A DNA stretch of 41,849 bases from Candidatus Kapaibacterium sp. (GCA_030830285.1 JAURNF010000138.1:1-41849); one strand, 5' to 3'; counted from the stretch's first letter, positions 19,667-28,945 are shown. Numbers and translations are program-made. Notes: generated by a model from the letters alone, not told the origin.

Positions 19667-20559
19667 TGGGCCATGCTGTGGTGCGAGACTACTATTACGA
19701 CCTGAGTGACCGTGGTGTACTCACGCTTGATGGCGTCGTACAGGACGATCCTTGGTTCTGTGATTTTATGTTTCGGCGCCTTGCACCAACAGCAAATCCG
19801 GAGTATCCAGAGTACCCCTACGTGTGTCGATGCGGCGACGAGATGAATTACCTCCGTCCATCAGATACGCCAATTGTCTACACTGGGTTTGATGGTTCAC
19901 GGTTGTTCTATGGATCATCGCTGTCAACTCCATTTGCACCCGACCGCCTATCGTATTCGCACGATGGCGTTCTGTATCATTGGGCTCCGATTGGAGATGT
20001 CGGACGAATTGTGCCGCATGTAGCAACAGAAATCGCCAAGTACATCGAGCCATGGGGACCCTACTACGCGTATTTGGGTGATGATGGACGTGAGAAGATT
20101 CCTGTGTTACCACGAGATCTTTCTCCGTCGATCAGTGTGCTGCGTCCGCGAAAAGACAATGCCTGCGTTGGATGCGGACAGGCGAATCCGTTTTCACTTC
20201 GCCTCTCGTTTGTTGTCAACAGCGATGACGCTTCCGTGTCGACATGGATCACACCCGATGTGCGATTCCAAGGTGCACTCGAGACCACCCATGGTGGCAT
20301 GATCTCATTGCTCCTCGATGAGGCAATGGGCAAGGCCCTCAGTGCGCAAGGAATCAAAGCACCAACCGCTCATTTAGGCGTCAATTTTCGCCGTCCGATG
20401 ATCCTTGGCGAGGAGTATCACATACGCGCGTGGATTCGCGAGCAACAAGGCCGGAAGAAGTTCGTCAGTGCAGAAGTGCGCGCTTGGAATAACCCCGATG
20501 TGGTGGTTGCAGATGCTGACGCACTCTTCATTGAACGTGTCACGACCCCCAGCGCATGA
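19666..20559 (+). CDS. fusion protein: N-terminal DUF4505/UPF0598-like domain + C-terminal PaaI-type hotdog thioesterase
   Basis: N-terminal half: VRDYYYDLSDRGVLTLDG...FCDFMFRRLAPT...CRCGDEMNYLRPSDTPIVYTGF...PFAPDRLSYSHDGVLYHWAP, which as I recall parallels the eukaryotic UPF0598 (C8orf82) family. C-terminal half: CVGCGQANPFSLRLSF...HGGMISLLLDEAMG (hotdog). TAATG overlap with the argS stop. Confidence 0.65.
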   Translation: MGHAVVRDYYYDLSDRGVLTLDGVVQDDPWFCDFMFRRLAPTANPEYPEYPYVCRCGDEMNYLRPSDTPIVYTGFDGSRLFYGSSLSTPFAPDRLSYSHDGVLYHWAPIGDVGRIVPHVATEIAKYIEPWGPYYAYLGDDGREKIPVLPRDLSPSISVLRPRKDNACVGCGQANPFSLRLSFVVNSDDASVSTWITPDVRFQGALETTHGGMISLLLDEAMGKALSAQGIKAPTAHLGVNFRRPMILGEEYHIRAWIREQQGRKKFVSAEVRAWNNPDVVVADADALFIERVTTPSA

Positions 20560-21809
20560 GCCAACAGCCGAGTATCATTCTCTTTAGTGTCGTCTTCGGT
20601 ATCGTGACGATGCTGATTGACGTTTACGTGCTCTATGCATGGATGCGCCATGTGCGCAGCCGCGCGTTTTCGCCCTGGTTGTATCGCGTGCCGTGGATCA
20701 TTGCTGGTGTGGTGGGAGTTGTCTACTGGTACGTGGTGTACCGACGACACTTCTTCCGGATGGATGGCTTCGACGTCACGCTCTTTGGGATGGTATCGCT
20801 TTGGTACCTGCCGAAGCTGGGAATACTTCCGTTCGTTGTCATTCGCGATGCGATTGCTGGTGTTCGTAAGCTCGCAACACGGAGGCGATGGAGCGAGCCT
20901 GAGCCACCTTGCGTGGATGTGTCGACATCACGCCGTGCGTTCCTTGGAACAACGACGTGGTCGATGGCAGCTATACCTTACGTGATGGTTGGCCAGGGGA
21001 TGTTCAGCACGTTGTATGATTTCGAGGTTACACGGATTCCTGTCTATTTGCCGCGACTTCCGAAGGCCTTCGACGGCTTTCGCATTGTCCAGATTTCAGA
21101 CATCCACGCGGGCTCGTTCCCAGACCATCGTCCGTTTGAAGAGGTCCGTCGAATCATCGACACGCTCAAACCAGACATGGTGGTTGTCACTGGAGATTGG
21201 GTAAACATGCAGCCACAAGAAATGGCTGTGATTGCTCGTGAGGTGCAAAAGCTTCGAGCGCCATATGGTGTGCGAGCTGTGTTAGGCAATCATGATCACT
21301 ATCACACGCCCGAAGAGCACGATAGGTTGATTTCAACGATTCGTGGGCTCGATATCGACTTGTTGATTAACGAGCATCGTCGCATTACCGTCGGCAGTGA
21401 AACACTGATTCTCGCAGGGACTGATAACACGGGGTTCAAGCAGAACTTCGCCCGACTCGACCAAGCACTTGCGGGCGTCGTTGGTGACGAGGCGACGATC
21501 TTGCTAGCGCATGACCCTACCTTCTGGGACATGCATGTAGTTGGTAAGCAGCCGATCGATCTTATGCTGTCTGGCCATACCCACGGTGGACAGTTTGGTG
21601 TGCAGGTGTTGGGTGTCGATTGGAGTCCAGCACAGTACATCTACAAGCAATGGGCCGGTTTGTACAGAACTGGCGAGCAACAGCTCTACGTCAATCGTGG
21701 GGTAGGTACTGTTGGACCGCCGCTTCGGATTGGCATTCGCCCAGAAATCACGCACTTCACGTTGCATTCAGTCGGTGCTTTTGACCATCTTGCAGGATAC
21801 TACAACTAA
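20556..21809 (+). CDS. membrane-anchored metallophosphoesterase (YkuE-like)
   Basis: N-terminal TM segments followed by calcineurin-like motifs ISDIHAG, VVTGDWVN, LGNHDHY and GHTHGGQ. ATGA overlap with the upstream stop. Confidence 0.85.
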   Translation: MSQQPSIILFSVVFGIVTMLIDVYVLYAWMRHVRSRAFSPWLYRVPWIIAGVVGVVYWYVVYRRHFFRMDGFDVTLFGMVSLWYLPKLGILPFVVIRDAIAGVRKLATRRRWSEPEPPCVDVSTSRRAFLGTTTWSMAAIPYVMVGQGMFSTLYDFEVTRIPVYLPRLPKAFDGFRIVQISDIHAGSFPDHRPFEEVRRIIDTLKPDMVVVTGDWVNMQPQEMAVIAREVQKLRAPYGVRAVLGNHDHYHTPEEHDRLISTIRGLDIDLLINEHRRITVGSETLILAGTDNTGFKQNFARLDQALAGVVGDEATILLAHDPTFWDMHVVGKQPIDLMLSGHTHGGQFGVQVLGVDWSPAQYIYKQWAGLYRTGEQQLYVNRGVGTVGPPLRIGIRPEITHFTLHSVGAFDHLAGYYN

Positions 21810-21818
21810 CGAGGTCCC

Positions 21819-22361
21819 ATGCGTAACGTCGTCAGCGTTCTTGTTGCATTCCTTCTGTGCAGCACCATAGCACCAGCACAACGATTGATTGAACTCGGCA
21901 TCAAGGCTGGAACAAATACCACAGCACCAGGTGGCTTGCCGAGCGGTGTTCATGGAACTGCAGGATTTGGCTATCAGGTTGGTGGCTCACTCCAAGTTGG
22001 ACTGTTCGATGTAGTTGCCTTGGTGGGGGAGCTGACGTTTGACCGACGCACGTATCATCTTCATAGTTCAGCGCGTGAGTTTGATGTTGCGACATCTTCG
22101 ATCAACGTGCCGATTCTTTTGCGCATTGGCCTGCCGCTGAAGTTGATGCTCGAACTTGGTCCGCAATACACACACTTCCTGTCGACGAACAATGCAACGA
22201 CGACTGACGGCGAAGGCTTCGCTGTGATTGGTGCTGTGTGGAAACCATTCGATTTGCACATCGGCGTCCGCTACATGCGCGGCCTCACATCGATTACGAC
22301 GTCACTCGACAACGATATCACCAACAGCGTTACGCAGATCTATCTCTGCTACGTGCTGTAA
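21819..22361 (+). CDS. small outer-membrane beta-barrel protein (OMP_b-brl_2 / porin-family type)
   Basis: Signal peptide MRNVVSVLVAFLLCSTIAPAQ. Alternating hydrophobic beta-strand pattern (GFGYQVGGSLQVGL, INVPILLRIGL, LHIGVRYMRGL). Confidence 0.65.
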   Translation: MRNVVSVLVAFLLCSTIAPAQRLIELGIKAGTNTTAPGGLPSGVHGTAGFGYQVGGSLQVGLFDVVALVGELTFDRRTYHLHSSAREFDVATSSINVPILLRIGLPLKLMLELGPQYTHFLSTNNATTTDGEGFAVIGAVWKPFDLHIGVRYMRGLTSITTSLDNDITNSVTQIYLCYVL

Positions 22362-22367
22362 CGACTA

Positions 22368-23540
22368 TTACCGTTGCGTCGCTAGGTACGTCTGCGCCGA
22401 TTCAATGAGAAGTGTTGTGCCGATGATCATTGCCTGCTCGTCAGGAGCGAAGGCAGCGTTGTGCAATCCAGGCATTGTTGCTTGCGACGCTGGACGTCCG
22501 CCAAGCATCCAGAAACACACCGGCATCTGCTGCGAGTAGAACGCAAAGTCCTCGGCCCACATCTTGGGCTCAAACTCACTGATCGATTCTGCGCCCAGTG
22601 CTGATGCTGCCACAGAGCGAGCAAACGCTACGGCATGTTCATCGTTGACGAGCGGTGGGTAGCCTTTGACGATGTTGAGCTCGCCCTCGCAGTTGTACAG
22701 TGCGCAGTACGCGCGCGTTTGCTCTTCGAGCCAGGTCCATGCAAACTCGCGCCATTCATTGTTGAAGGCGCGAAGGGTTCCTTTGAGCTCAACAACTTCC
22801 GGGATGATGTTGGTTGCTGAGCCGCCATGAATACTGGTAATCGTCAGAACACCTGGATGCAGCGGATTGCGTCGTGCTGTGATCAATGATCGCAAGTGAT
22901 GCACGAGTCCGGTTGCTGCGAGGAGTGGATCATTTCCCTTATGCGGCTGCGCAGCGTGAGCTCCAAAGCCGCGAATCGTCCAGTACAGCTCGTCAGCCGA
23001 TGCAAGTGCTGGTCCAGCCACAAACTGTACGTTGCCGACAGTAGCATCAGGATAGATGTGCTGTCCGAACATGATTTCAGGACGCGGATTCTCAAGTGCT
23101 CCGTCCGCGATCATCATTGTTGCTCCACCGGGAGAGAGCTCCTCGCCTGGTTGGAAGATGAGTTTCACCACACCGTTCAGTTCATGTTCTCGCTCTTTGA
23201 GAATGCGTGCTGCACCAAGGAGCATCGTTGTATGTGTGTCATGACCGCATGCATGCATCACGCCTGGACGTTCTGATGCGTAGGGCAGGCCGGTCTCTTC
23301 CAATATCGGCAGTGCGTCGATGTCGGCTCGAAGCGCTACACAACGGTCGCCTGACCCAACATGCGCCACGATGCCCGTGGTAGCCATGCGTTGGTGCGGT
23401 ATCCCAAGCGACGTGAGCTGTTCGGCAATGAATGCTGACGTTTCGTGTTCGTGAAACGAGAGCTCAGGGTTTCGATGTAAATGACGTCGAAGCTCAACAA
23501 GCTCCGGAAACATCTGTGTAACGCGTTCACGAGTTGTCAT
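22368..23540 (-). CDS. M20-family amidohydrolase (N-acyl-L-amino acid amidohydrolase / hippurate hydrolase-like)
   Basis: LRRHLHRNPELSFHEHETS, MHACGHDTHTTMLLG and FQPGEE. ATG 23540 has GGGGAG about 9 nt upstream. The tracked 23726 start runs through dapF. The gene overlaps the dapF stop by 14 nt. Confidence 0.85.
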   Translation of the reverse strand: MTTRERVTQMFPELVELRRHLHRNPELSFHEHETSAFIAEQLTSLGIPHQRMATTGIVAHVGSGDRCVALRADIDALPILEETGLPYASERPGVMHACGHDTHTTMLLGAARILKEREHELNGVVKLIFQPGEELSPGGATMMIADGALENPRPEIMFGQHIYPDATVGNVQFVAGPALASADELYWTIRGFGAHAAQPHKGNDPLLAATGLVHHLRSLITARRNPLHPGVLTITSIHGGSATNIIPEVVELKGTLRAFNNEWREFAWTWLEEQTRAYCALYNCEGELNIVKGYPPLVNDEHAVAFARSVAASALGAESISEFEPKMWAEDFAFYSQQMPVCFWMLGGRPASQATMPGLHNAAFAPDEQAMIIGTTLLIESAQTYLATQR

Positions 23541-24315
23541 AGATGGCATCTCCCCGCAGAATGCAGGTAGTAAGTGTGGAATCAGAGTGAAGCAGCGACA
23601 CCACGAGTGGTCGCTGTGATGGGGGAGTGATGGTAACAACATCCTGGCAGCGTCCGTTGCGCCATAGAGCAATTGCAGCACTGATCGCTCCCGTCCCGCA
23701 CGCACCAGTGATGGCTTCAACGCCACGTTCGAATGTGGCTATGGTGAGTTGCGTAGGCGAGACAACACGAACCATGTTGACGTTTACGCCGCGCGGAAAC
23801 GCAGGATGATGGCGCAAGACTTGCACAATGGGTCGGCTCGCATCACAGGGTCCATCAATCACAACGTGGTCGCTGTTGACATTGACGTAGTACACTGGAA
23901 CATCAACGTTCGCAAGGGTTCCGATTGGAAATGAATGCTCTTCCTTCGGTGCGGCAAACGCAATCGAAACGCTGGCATCATCGTGTAGGTGCGTAATGTA
24001 CTCGGCTTCGTTGAGTACGAGTTTGAGTTCAACATTGCTTGGAGCGCCATGATCACAGGCGTATCGCACCACGCACCGCGCGCCATTGCCGCACATCATG
24101 CCGTACGATCCGTCAGGATTGTAGAAGTCTGCTATGATGCGCGTGCCGTCAATCCCACGAAGGACCAGCACACCCTCAATGGCAGCTCCATCAGTGCGCG
24201 GGTGCTGCGCGATGAGTGACCGAATAGAACCGGGCGGCAGCAACGAGATGTTCTCGCGTCCATCGGCCACAAGAAATGTATTGCCGGCGCCGCTCATGTG
24301 AACGATTTCACGCAT
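23527..24315 (-). CDS. dapF: diaminopimelate epimerase
   Basis: MSGAGNTFLV (a variant of the GNDF block). Both catalytic Cys contexts are present: MCGNGARCV and GACGTGAISAA. Confidence 0.9.
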   Translation of the reverse strand: MREIVHMSGAGNTFLVADGRENISLLPPGSIRSLIAQHPRTDGAAIEGVLVLRGIDGTRIIADFYNPDGSYGMMCGNGARCVVRYACDHGAPSNVELKLVLNEAEYITHLHDDASVSIAFAAPKEEHSFPIGTLANVDVPVYYVNVNSDHVVIDGPCDASRPIVQVLRHHPAFPRGVNVNMVRVVSPTQLTIATFERGVEAITGACGTGAISAAIALWRNGRCQDVVTITPPSQRPLVVSLLHSDSTLTTCILRGDAIYDNS

Positions 24316-25096
24316 TCGCGTTCTCGATGATGGACGTCAGCTGCTGATGAATGCGTCCGTTGCTTGCCAGGATACTGTCACGACCAAGAGAAAACGCACG
24401 ACGTCCGTAGTGGGTAACTGTACCGCCTGCCTCTGTAACCAGAAGAACGCCGGCAGCCATATCCCATGGTTGGAGTTCAACCTCCCAATAGCCATCGAAG
24501 CGCCCAGCTGCAACGTAGGCAAGATCTAGAGCTGCACTGCCAAGTCGACGAATTGGAATGCCGAGAGAAAGCACGCGACCGAAGGTGTCGATGCACTTGC
24601 GAGGGTTCTCGTGAACATTGTAGGGGAAGCCCGTAACCAAGATCGCATCTTGAATCTGTGGCGTCTTCGAGACGTGAAGTGGTTCGCCATTGAGGAACGC
24701 GCCACCACCCAGGACTGCTGTAAACGTCTCGTTCTGGAGTGGATGATGAATCACACCTGCGACGATTGTTCCATTGATCACGGCAGCAATTGACACGCAG
24801 AAGATGGGGATGCCGTGGGCAAAATTGACCGTGCCGTCGAGAGGATCAACAACCCATGTTACTTCGCCAGAACCGGCATGCTCACCACTTTCTTCTGTAA
24901 GAACAGCTGCAGTGGGTGTATATGACTGGAGAACGTTGATAATGCAGCTTTCACTTGCGAGGTCGTACTCAGTGACCAGGTTGTGTCGACCTTCCTTGGA
25001 TGCAATGTCGAACGTCGTCCCATACCCCTGCTCGAGAATGCGGCCGGCCTCGGTTGCTGCATGGAGCGCTGCTTCGAGAAGCAAACTGTGTGTCAT
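24308..25096 (-). CDS. inositol monophosphatase family protein (SuhB/CysQ-like)
   Basis: EESGE, WVVDPLDGTVNFAHG and QPWDMAAGVLLVTEAGG. Start at MTHSLLLEAA (25096), leaving a 4-nt gap after the upstream stop. Confidence 0.85.
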   Translation of the reverse strand: MTHSLLLEAALHAATEAGRILEQGYGTTFDIASKEGRHNLVTEYDLASESCIINVLQSYTPTAAVLTEESGEHAGSGEVTWVVDPLDGTVNFAHGIPIFCVSIAAVINGTIVAGVIHHPLQNETFTAVLGGGAFLNGEPLHVSKTPQIQDAILVTGFPYNVHENPRKCIDTFGRVLSLGIPIRRLGSAALDLAYVAAGRFDGYWEVELQPWDMAAGVLLVTEAGGTVTHYGRRAFSLGRDSILASNGRIHQQLTSIIENANA

Positions 25097-25100
25097 GCCG

Positions 25101-25730
25101 TTACCCAAGGAACGTGTTCGCTTCCGAACGAATGGCAGACGCAAGTGTATACAAGCGCTGATTTCCCGATGCTTCTGCTAGGGGAACGTATCGTTCGAGC
25201 GTGTTGGTGATATACACTATTGGGTTTTTCTTCAGGTTGAATGACAGGCAGCGAATGTTGTCGAGTCGTGCTGCAAGCTTGATGATGAGACAATCAGCGC
25301 TTGCCGAAGCAAGGCGAGCGACGTGAACCAAGTCAATGCCATCTGGATCAATGCGAGCCTTAGCGAGATCCTTTGTGAGCATTTCGACCACATATGCCAC
25401 ATACGAACCGAAGTTGTACTCGATGATGCCCTTGGTGATCGTCTTTGAGTCTTCTAACACATCGTGCAAGAAGGCTGCGATAATCAGGTCGGTATCGAAC
25501 GCATGGAGCTCGTCCATGAGAATGCGGACTGTACGAGCACTGTGGTCAAAAAACGGCGTGCCATCGTTGCGTGTCTGCTGGGCATGGACACTACGCGCCA
25601 TCTCGTAGGCATCGAGAACCTTCGACAGAGCAATTGAATCACCATGCTTGAGAAGACGCTCTTCGAGTTCCTCGATCGATAGACTTCGTCGATTGTACTC
25701 CTGATGCGATGGGTCGAGTAGGTGTTCCAT
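25101..25730 (-). CDS. HD-domain (p)ppGpp hydrolase-like protein (small alarmone hydrolase type)
   Basis: HAQQTRNDGTPFFDHSARTVRILMDEL...DLIIAAFLHDVLEDS matches the RelA/SpoT HD hydrolase block. About 209 aa with no synthetase domain. Confidence 0.7.
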   Translation of the reverse strand: MEHLLDPSHQEYNRRSLSIEELEERLLKHGDSIALSKVLDAYEMARSVHAQQTRNDGTPFFDHSARTVRILMDELHAFDTDLIIAAFLHDVLEDSKTITKGIIEYNFGSYVAYVVEMLTKDLAKARIDPDGIDLVHVARLASASADCLIIKLAARLDNIRCLSFNLKKNPIVYITNTLERYVPLAEASGNQRLYTLASAIRSEANTFLG

Positions 25731-25743
25731 AGCGGAAATCCAG

Positions 25744-27429
25744 TTACCGTTTTGCCCGCGTGGCTTTGCCACGAGGTTGAGGTGACATGAGTTCTCGTGC
25801 CCCTGAGAGCGACGAGTCGGTGACATGTTCACCACTCAGCAATTTCGCAACTTCTACAAGCGCTTGATCTGCATCGAGTCGCCGAGCATCGACAGTTGTC
25901 TGTCCGTTGTGTTCTGATTTTACCACCTGGACGAAGTGATCCGCGAGAGAAGCGATTTGTGCGAGGTGTGTGATGCACAAGATCTGATGTGTGGATGAAA
26001 GCGACTTCATCACCTCACCCACGGTGCGCGCCACTCGGCCACTAATTCCCGTGTCAATCTCATCGAACACCATCGTGCCGTGTGATGCATGCTGCGCAAG
26101 TGCCTGTTTTAATGCCAGCATTACGCGAGAAAGTTCACCACCAGAGGCCACCTTCCCCAACACGCGAGGTGGTTCGCCCGCGTTACTTGAAAACAGAAAC
26201 TCCACAGCGTCACTTCCTGAAGCAGAGAGCTCGCATGGTGAGAGTCGCACCTCGAACGTTGCCGATGGCATGCCCATCCGACCCAGCACATCAGCAACTG
26301 TTTGTGCAAGTGAGTCGACACGCGACGCTCGGAGGGAGCGGAGTTCGTTCGCGCAACGAACAGCATCAGCATGCGCACGCACGCGCGCAGCCTCTGCGAT
26401 GTCAAGTTGATCGTCGACGTTGTCGAGAAGCGCCATTTCATTGCGTGCACGGTCGTGCTCCTCGCATGCATGCTCAAGCGATCCGTACTTACGCAACAAG
26501 CGTTGCAGCAGCAGCTGCCGCTGACGCAGAGACTCAAGTCGTTCAGGTGAGAAATCTTCTCCATCGGCCAAGTGAGCTACCGAGGCGGCAGATTCCTTGC
26601 ATGAAACGCGTGCGCTCTCGAGATCGGCGATCGCGCCATCGAGATCAGGTTGAAAGGGAAGTAGATTCCGAAGGCCGTTCAGTGCGATCTGAATCTGATC
26701 GTACGCAGATGTATCGCCAGCGTACAGTGCGTCGCGTACGGCACGTGCATGAGCAACGACGGCTTCTTGAGACTCAGCGCGGCGCAACTCAGCGGCAATC
26801 TGCTCATCTTCACCCGGTTGCGGTGAAATCGCTGAGATCTCGTCCACAATGAATGCAAGGCGAGCACGATCCGCATCTGCAGTTCGTGCACGATCGCGCA
26901 GACCTTCCAGCTCGCGCTCACGTGTGCGGAGTGCGATCCACGTTTCTCGCATTGCAAGACGATGCGCGTCGGTGAGTGCCATCATGTCGAGCACTGCGCG
27001 ATGAGTTGCGACGTCGAGGAGACCATGCGTGTCGTGCTGACCGTGGAAATCGATCAGGTCGGAAGCAATTTCTTTAACTGTCGTAGCTGGTGTCGGTGTG
27101 TCGTTAACGAAACACCGTGACGTGCCCGATGCAGTGAGCTCACGTCGGAGAATCAACTCGTCGTCACTCCAATCGAGCTGATGACGATCAATCGTCGTGC
27201 GAACTGGATGCGCTGCAGACACGGTAAACACTGCTTCAACAACGGCCTTTTTCGCGCCGCTACGAAGTGATTCCGCCGAGAGACGTTCGCCCAACGCAGC
27301 GGCCAACGCATCGATGATGATTGACTTTCCAGCACCCGTCTCACCAAGTAGTACAGTCATACCATCGTCAATTGTCAGTTCGATTGACTCGATGAGTGCA
27401 AAGTTGGATATCGATAGTCGACGCAGCAT
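25744..27429 (-). CDS. recN: DNA repair protein RecN
   Basis: MLRRLSISNFALIESIEL, Walker A GETGAGKS, a long coiled-coil middle region, ASGGELSRVMLALK, and Walker B MVFDEIDTGISG. Confidence 0.95.
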   Translation of the reverse strand: MLRRLSISNFALIESIELTIDDGMTVLLGETGAGKSIIIDALAAALGERLSAESLRSGAKKAVVEAVFTVSAAHPVRTTIDRHQLDWSDDELILRRELTASGTSRCFVNDTPTPATTVKEIASDLIDFHGQHDTHGLLDVATHRAVLDMMALTDAHRLAMRETWIALRTRERELEGLRDRARTADADRARLAFIVDEISAISPQPGEDEQIAAELRRAESQEAVVAHARAVRDALYAGDTSAYDQIQIALNGLRNLLPFQPDLDGAIADLESARVSCKESAASVAHLADGEDFSPERLESLRQRQLLLQRLLRKYGSLEHACEEHDRARNEMALLDNVDDQLDIAEAARVRAHADAVRCANELRSLRASRVDSLAQTVADVLGRMGMPSATFEVRLSPCELSASGSDAVEFLFSSNAGEPPRVLGKVASGGELSRVMLALKQALAQHASHGTMVFDEIDTGISGRVARTVGEVMKSLSSTHQILCITHLAQIASLADHFVQVVKSEHNGQTTVDARRLDADQALVEVAKLLSGEHVTDSSLSGARELMSPQPRGKATRAKR

Positions 27430-27445
27430 TTGTTGTGGAACCCGC

Positions 27446-27610
27446 TTACAGTCGTGTGAGGCGCGCCTGGAAGAGCTTGTACGCTCCGTAGGCAACACCA
27501 ACGAAGAGTGCAATCGCAGCAGTTACGTGCACCTCTTGGCCAACCACAACAAGACTAATCGTGATGAGGTACGTCGCAACGATGAGGATCAAGATCCAGA
27601 GTGCAGCCAT
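27446..27610 (-). CDS. untracked small (54 aa) two-TM membrane protein
   Basis: ATG at 27610 and TAA at 27446-27448 on the minus strand. Translation by hand: MAALWILILIVATYLITISLVVVGQEVHVTAAIALFVGVAYGAYKLFQARLTRL. Below the ORF-track size cut-off. It fills the hflX-recN gap exactly (4 nt after the hflX stop, 16 nt before the recN start). Confidence 0.5.
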   Translation of the reverse strand: MAALWILILIVATYLITISLVVVGQEVHVTAAIALFVGVAYGAYKLFQARLTRL

Positions 27611-27614
27611 AATC

Positions 27615-28913
27615 TTATGATTGAAGTGAAGTGGACTCCGACACTACGGCGTAGCGACCATAGCGCGACGTGAACAATGGCAATTTATCGGAGGGAATAC
27701 GCACAGACAAGCGTATTGCGCTTTCACCATCCAGACGGTGAAGAACCTCGAGGTCCTCGTACATCTTACTTACGATGCGCATGTCCTCGTATGGGATCTC
27801 CAGGACATGCATGGTAGCAGACTCATCATACGCCTCCTGCATGCGCTGAAGCAGGCGCAACATGTTGAGTCCGCGCTCCGCAGAAACAAACACGCATCCC
27901 GGATACTCTGCCTCGGCGTCATTTATCAGGAAACGGTCGTCAATGAGGTCGATCTTGTTAAAGACCAGAATCTGCGGAGTATCGAGCGTCCCGAGTGCTT
28001 CAAGTGTGTCTTGAACGACGCGGATGTGATCCCTGAAGTGCGGATGGGCGATATCGACGACATGGAGAAGAACGTCGGCTTCGAGAGTTTCCGACAACGT
28101 CGAACGGAACGAGGCCACAAGCTGCGGTGGAAGCTTCCGAATAAATCCGACCGTGTCGGAAATCAACGCCCGCTGACCGGAGGGCAATTCTAAGCTACGT
28201 ACAGTGGTGTCGAGTGTAGCAAAGAGACGGTCCTCAATAAACACATCAGCTTGCGTGAGCTGACGCATCAAGGATGACTTGCCAGCGTTGGTGTATCCCA
28301 CGAGTGCAAATCGAGGCAGCCCCTCACGTCCTTTGCGCTGCACGACGCGCTGTGCATCGATGTCGCGCAACTTCTCGCGCAGACGCTGCATCCGCGTACG
28401 GTACATGCGTCGGTCGGTTTCGATCTGTGTTTCGCCTGGACCCTTGGTGCCGATTCCACCGAACTGCTTTGAAAGGTGCGTCCACATCCGAGTGAGCCGC
28501 GGAAGGAGGTACTCGAGCTGAGCGAGTTCGACTTGCGTTCGAGCTTCGACAGAGCGAGCATGGGCTGCGAAGATGTCGAGGATCACACCGCTGCGATCCA
28601 GAACCTTGATACTCAGCTCCTTCTCGAGATTTCGGACCTGAGCAGGGGAGAGTTCATCGTCGAACACGACCATATCAGCCGGATTGAGTTCAAGAAGCTC
28701 CTTGAGTTCTTGCACCTTGCCCTTGCCGAAGGCTGTCGAGATATCTGGTCGCTCCCGTTCCTGTGTGATCCGTCCCACGACATTTGCACCTGCGGTATCG
28801 AGCAGGAGTACAAGTTCGTCCAGGTGCTCACGTACAACCTCTGGATCGGCTCCCTTCTTTACAACTGCCGCAATAATTGCCCGTTCTCGTGGGCGAAGTC
28901 CTACGTCGTGCAC
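27615..28913 (-). CDS. hflX: GTPase HflX
   Basis: HflX N-domain (ERAIIAAV...ELVLLLDTAG). G1 GYTNAGKSSL, G3 DTVGFI, G4 NKID. The apparent start codon is GTG; no in-frame ATG is nearby. Confidence 0.9.
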   Translation of the reverse strand: MHDVGLRPRERAIIAAVVKKGADPEVVREHLDELVLLLDTAGANVVGRITQERERPDISTAFGKGKVQELKELLELNPADMVVFDDELSPAQVRNLEKELSIKVLDRSGVILDIFAAHARSVEARTQVELAQLEYLLPRLTRMWTHLSKQFGGIGTKGPGETQIETDRRMYRTRMQRLREKLRDIDAQRVVQRKGREGLPRFALVGYTNAGKSSLMRQLTQADVFIEDRLFATLDTTVRSLELPSGQRALISDTVGFIRKLPPQLVASFRSTLSETLEADVLLHVVDIAHPHFRDHIRVVQDTLEALGTLDTPQILVFNKIDLIDDRFLINDAEAEYPGCVFVSAERGLNMLRLLQRMQEAYDESATMHVLEIPYEDMRIVSKMYEDLEVLHRLDGESAIRLSVRIPSDKLPLFTSRYGRYAVVSESTSLQS

Positions 28914-28937
28914 ACATCCTCAGCTAAAAACAGTATA

Positions 28938-28945
28938 CAAAGGTA
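28938..28945 (-). promoter_or_regulatory. TAnnTTTG box (TACCTTTG on the minus strand), 24 nt upstream of the hflX start
   Basis: Exact consensus match in the 70-bp divergent intergenic region. Confidence 0.5.

Noticed and set aside
26082-26852. 256-aa plus-strand ORF antisense to recN. Similar long antisense ORFs occur at 17918-18652, 14193-14852, 29422-30048, 32026-32808 and 34600-35202.
   Set aside because: Each lies fully inside a confidently identified gene on the other strand. The translations are Arg/Ser/Cys/His-rich, low-complexity and motif-free. This is the typical shadow-ORF behaviour of GC-balanced coding sequence.
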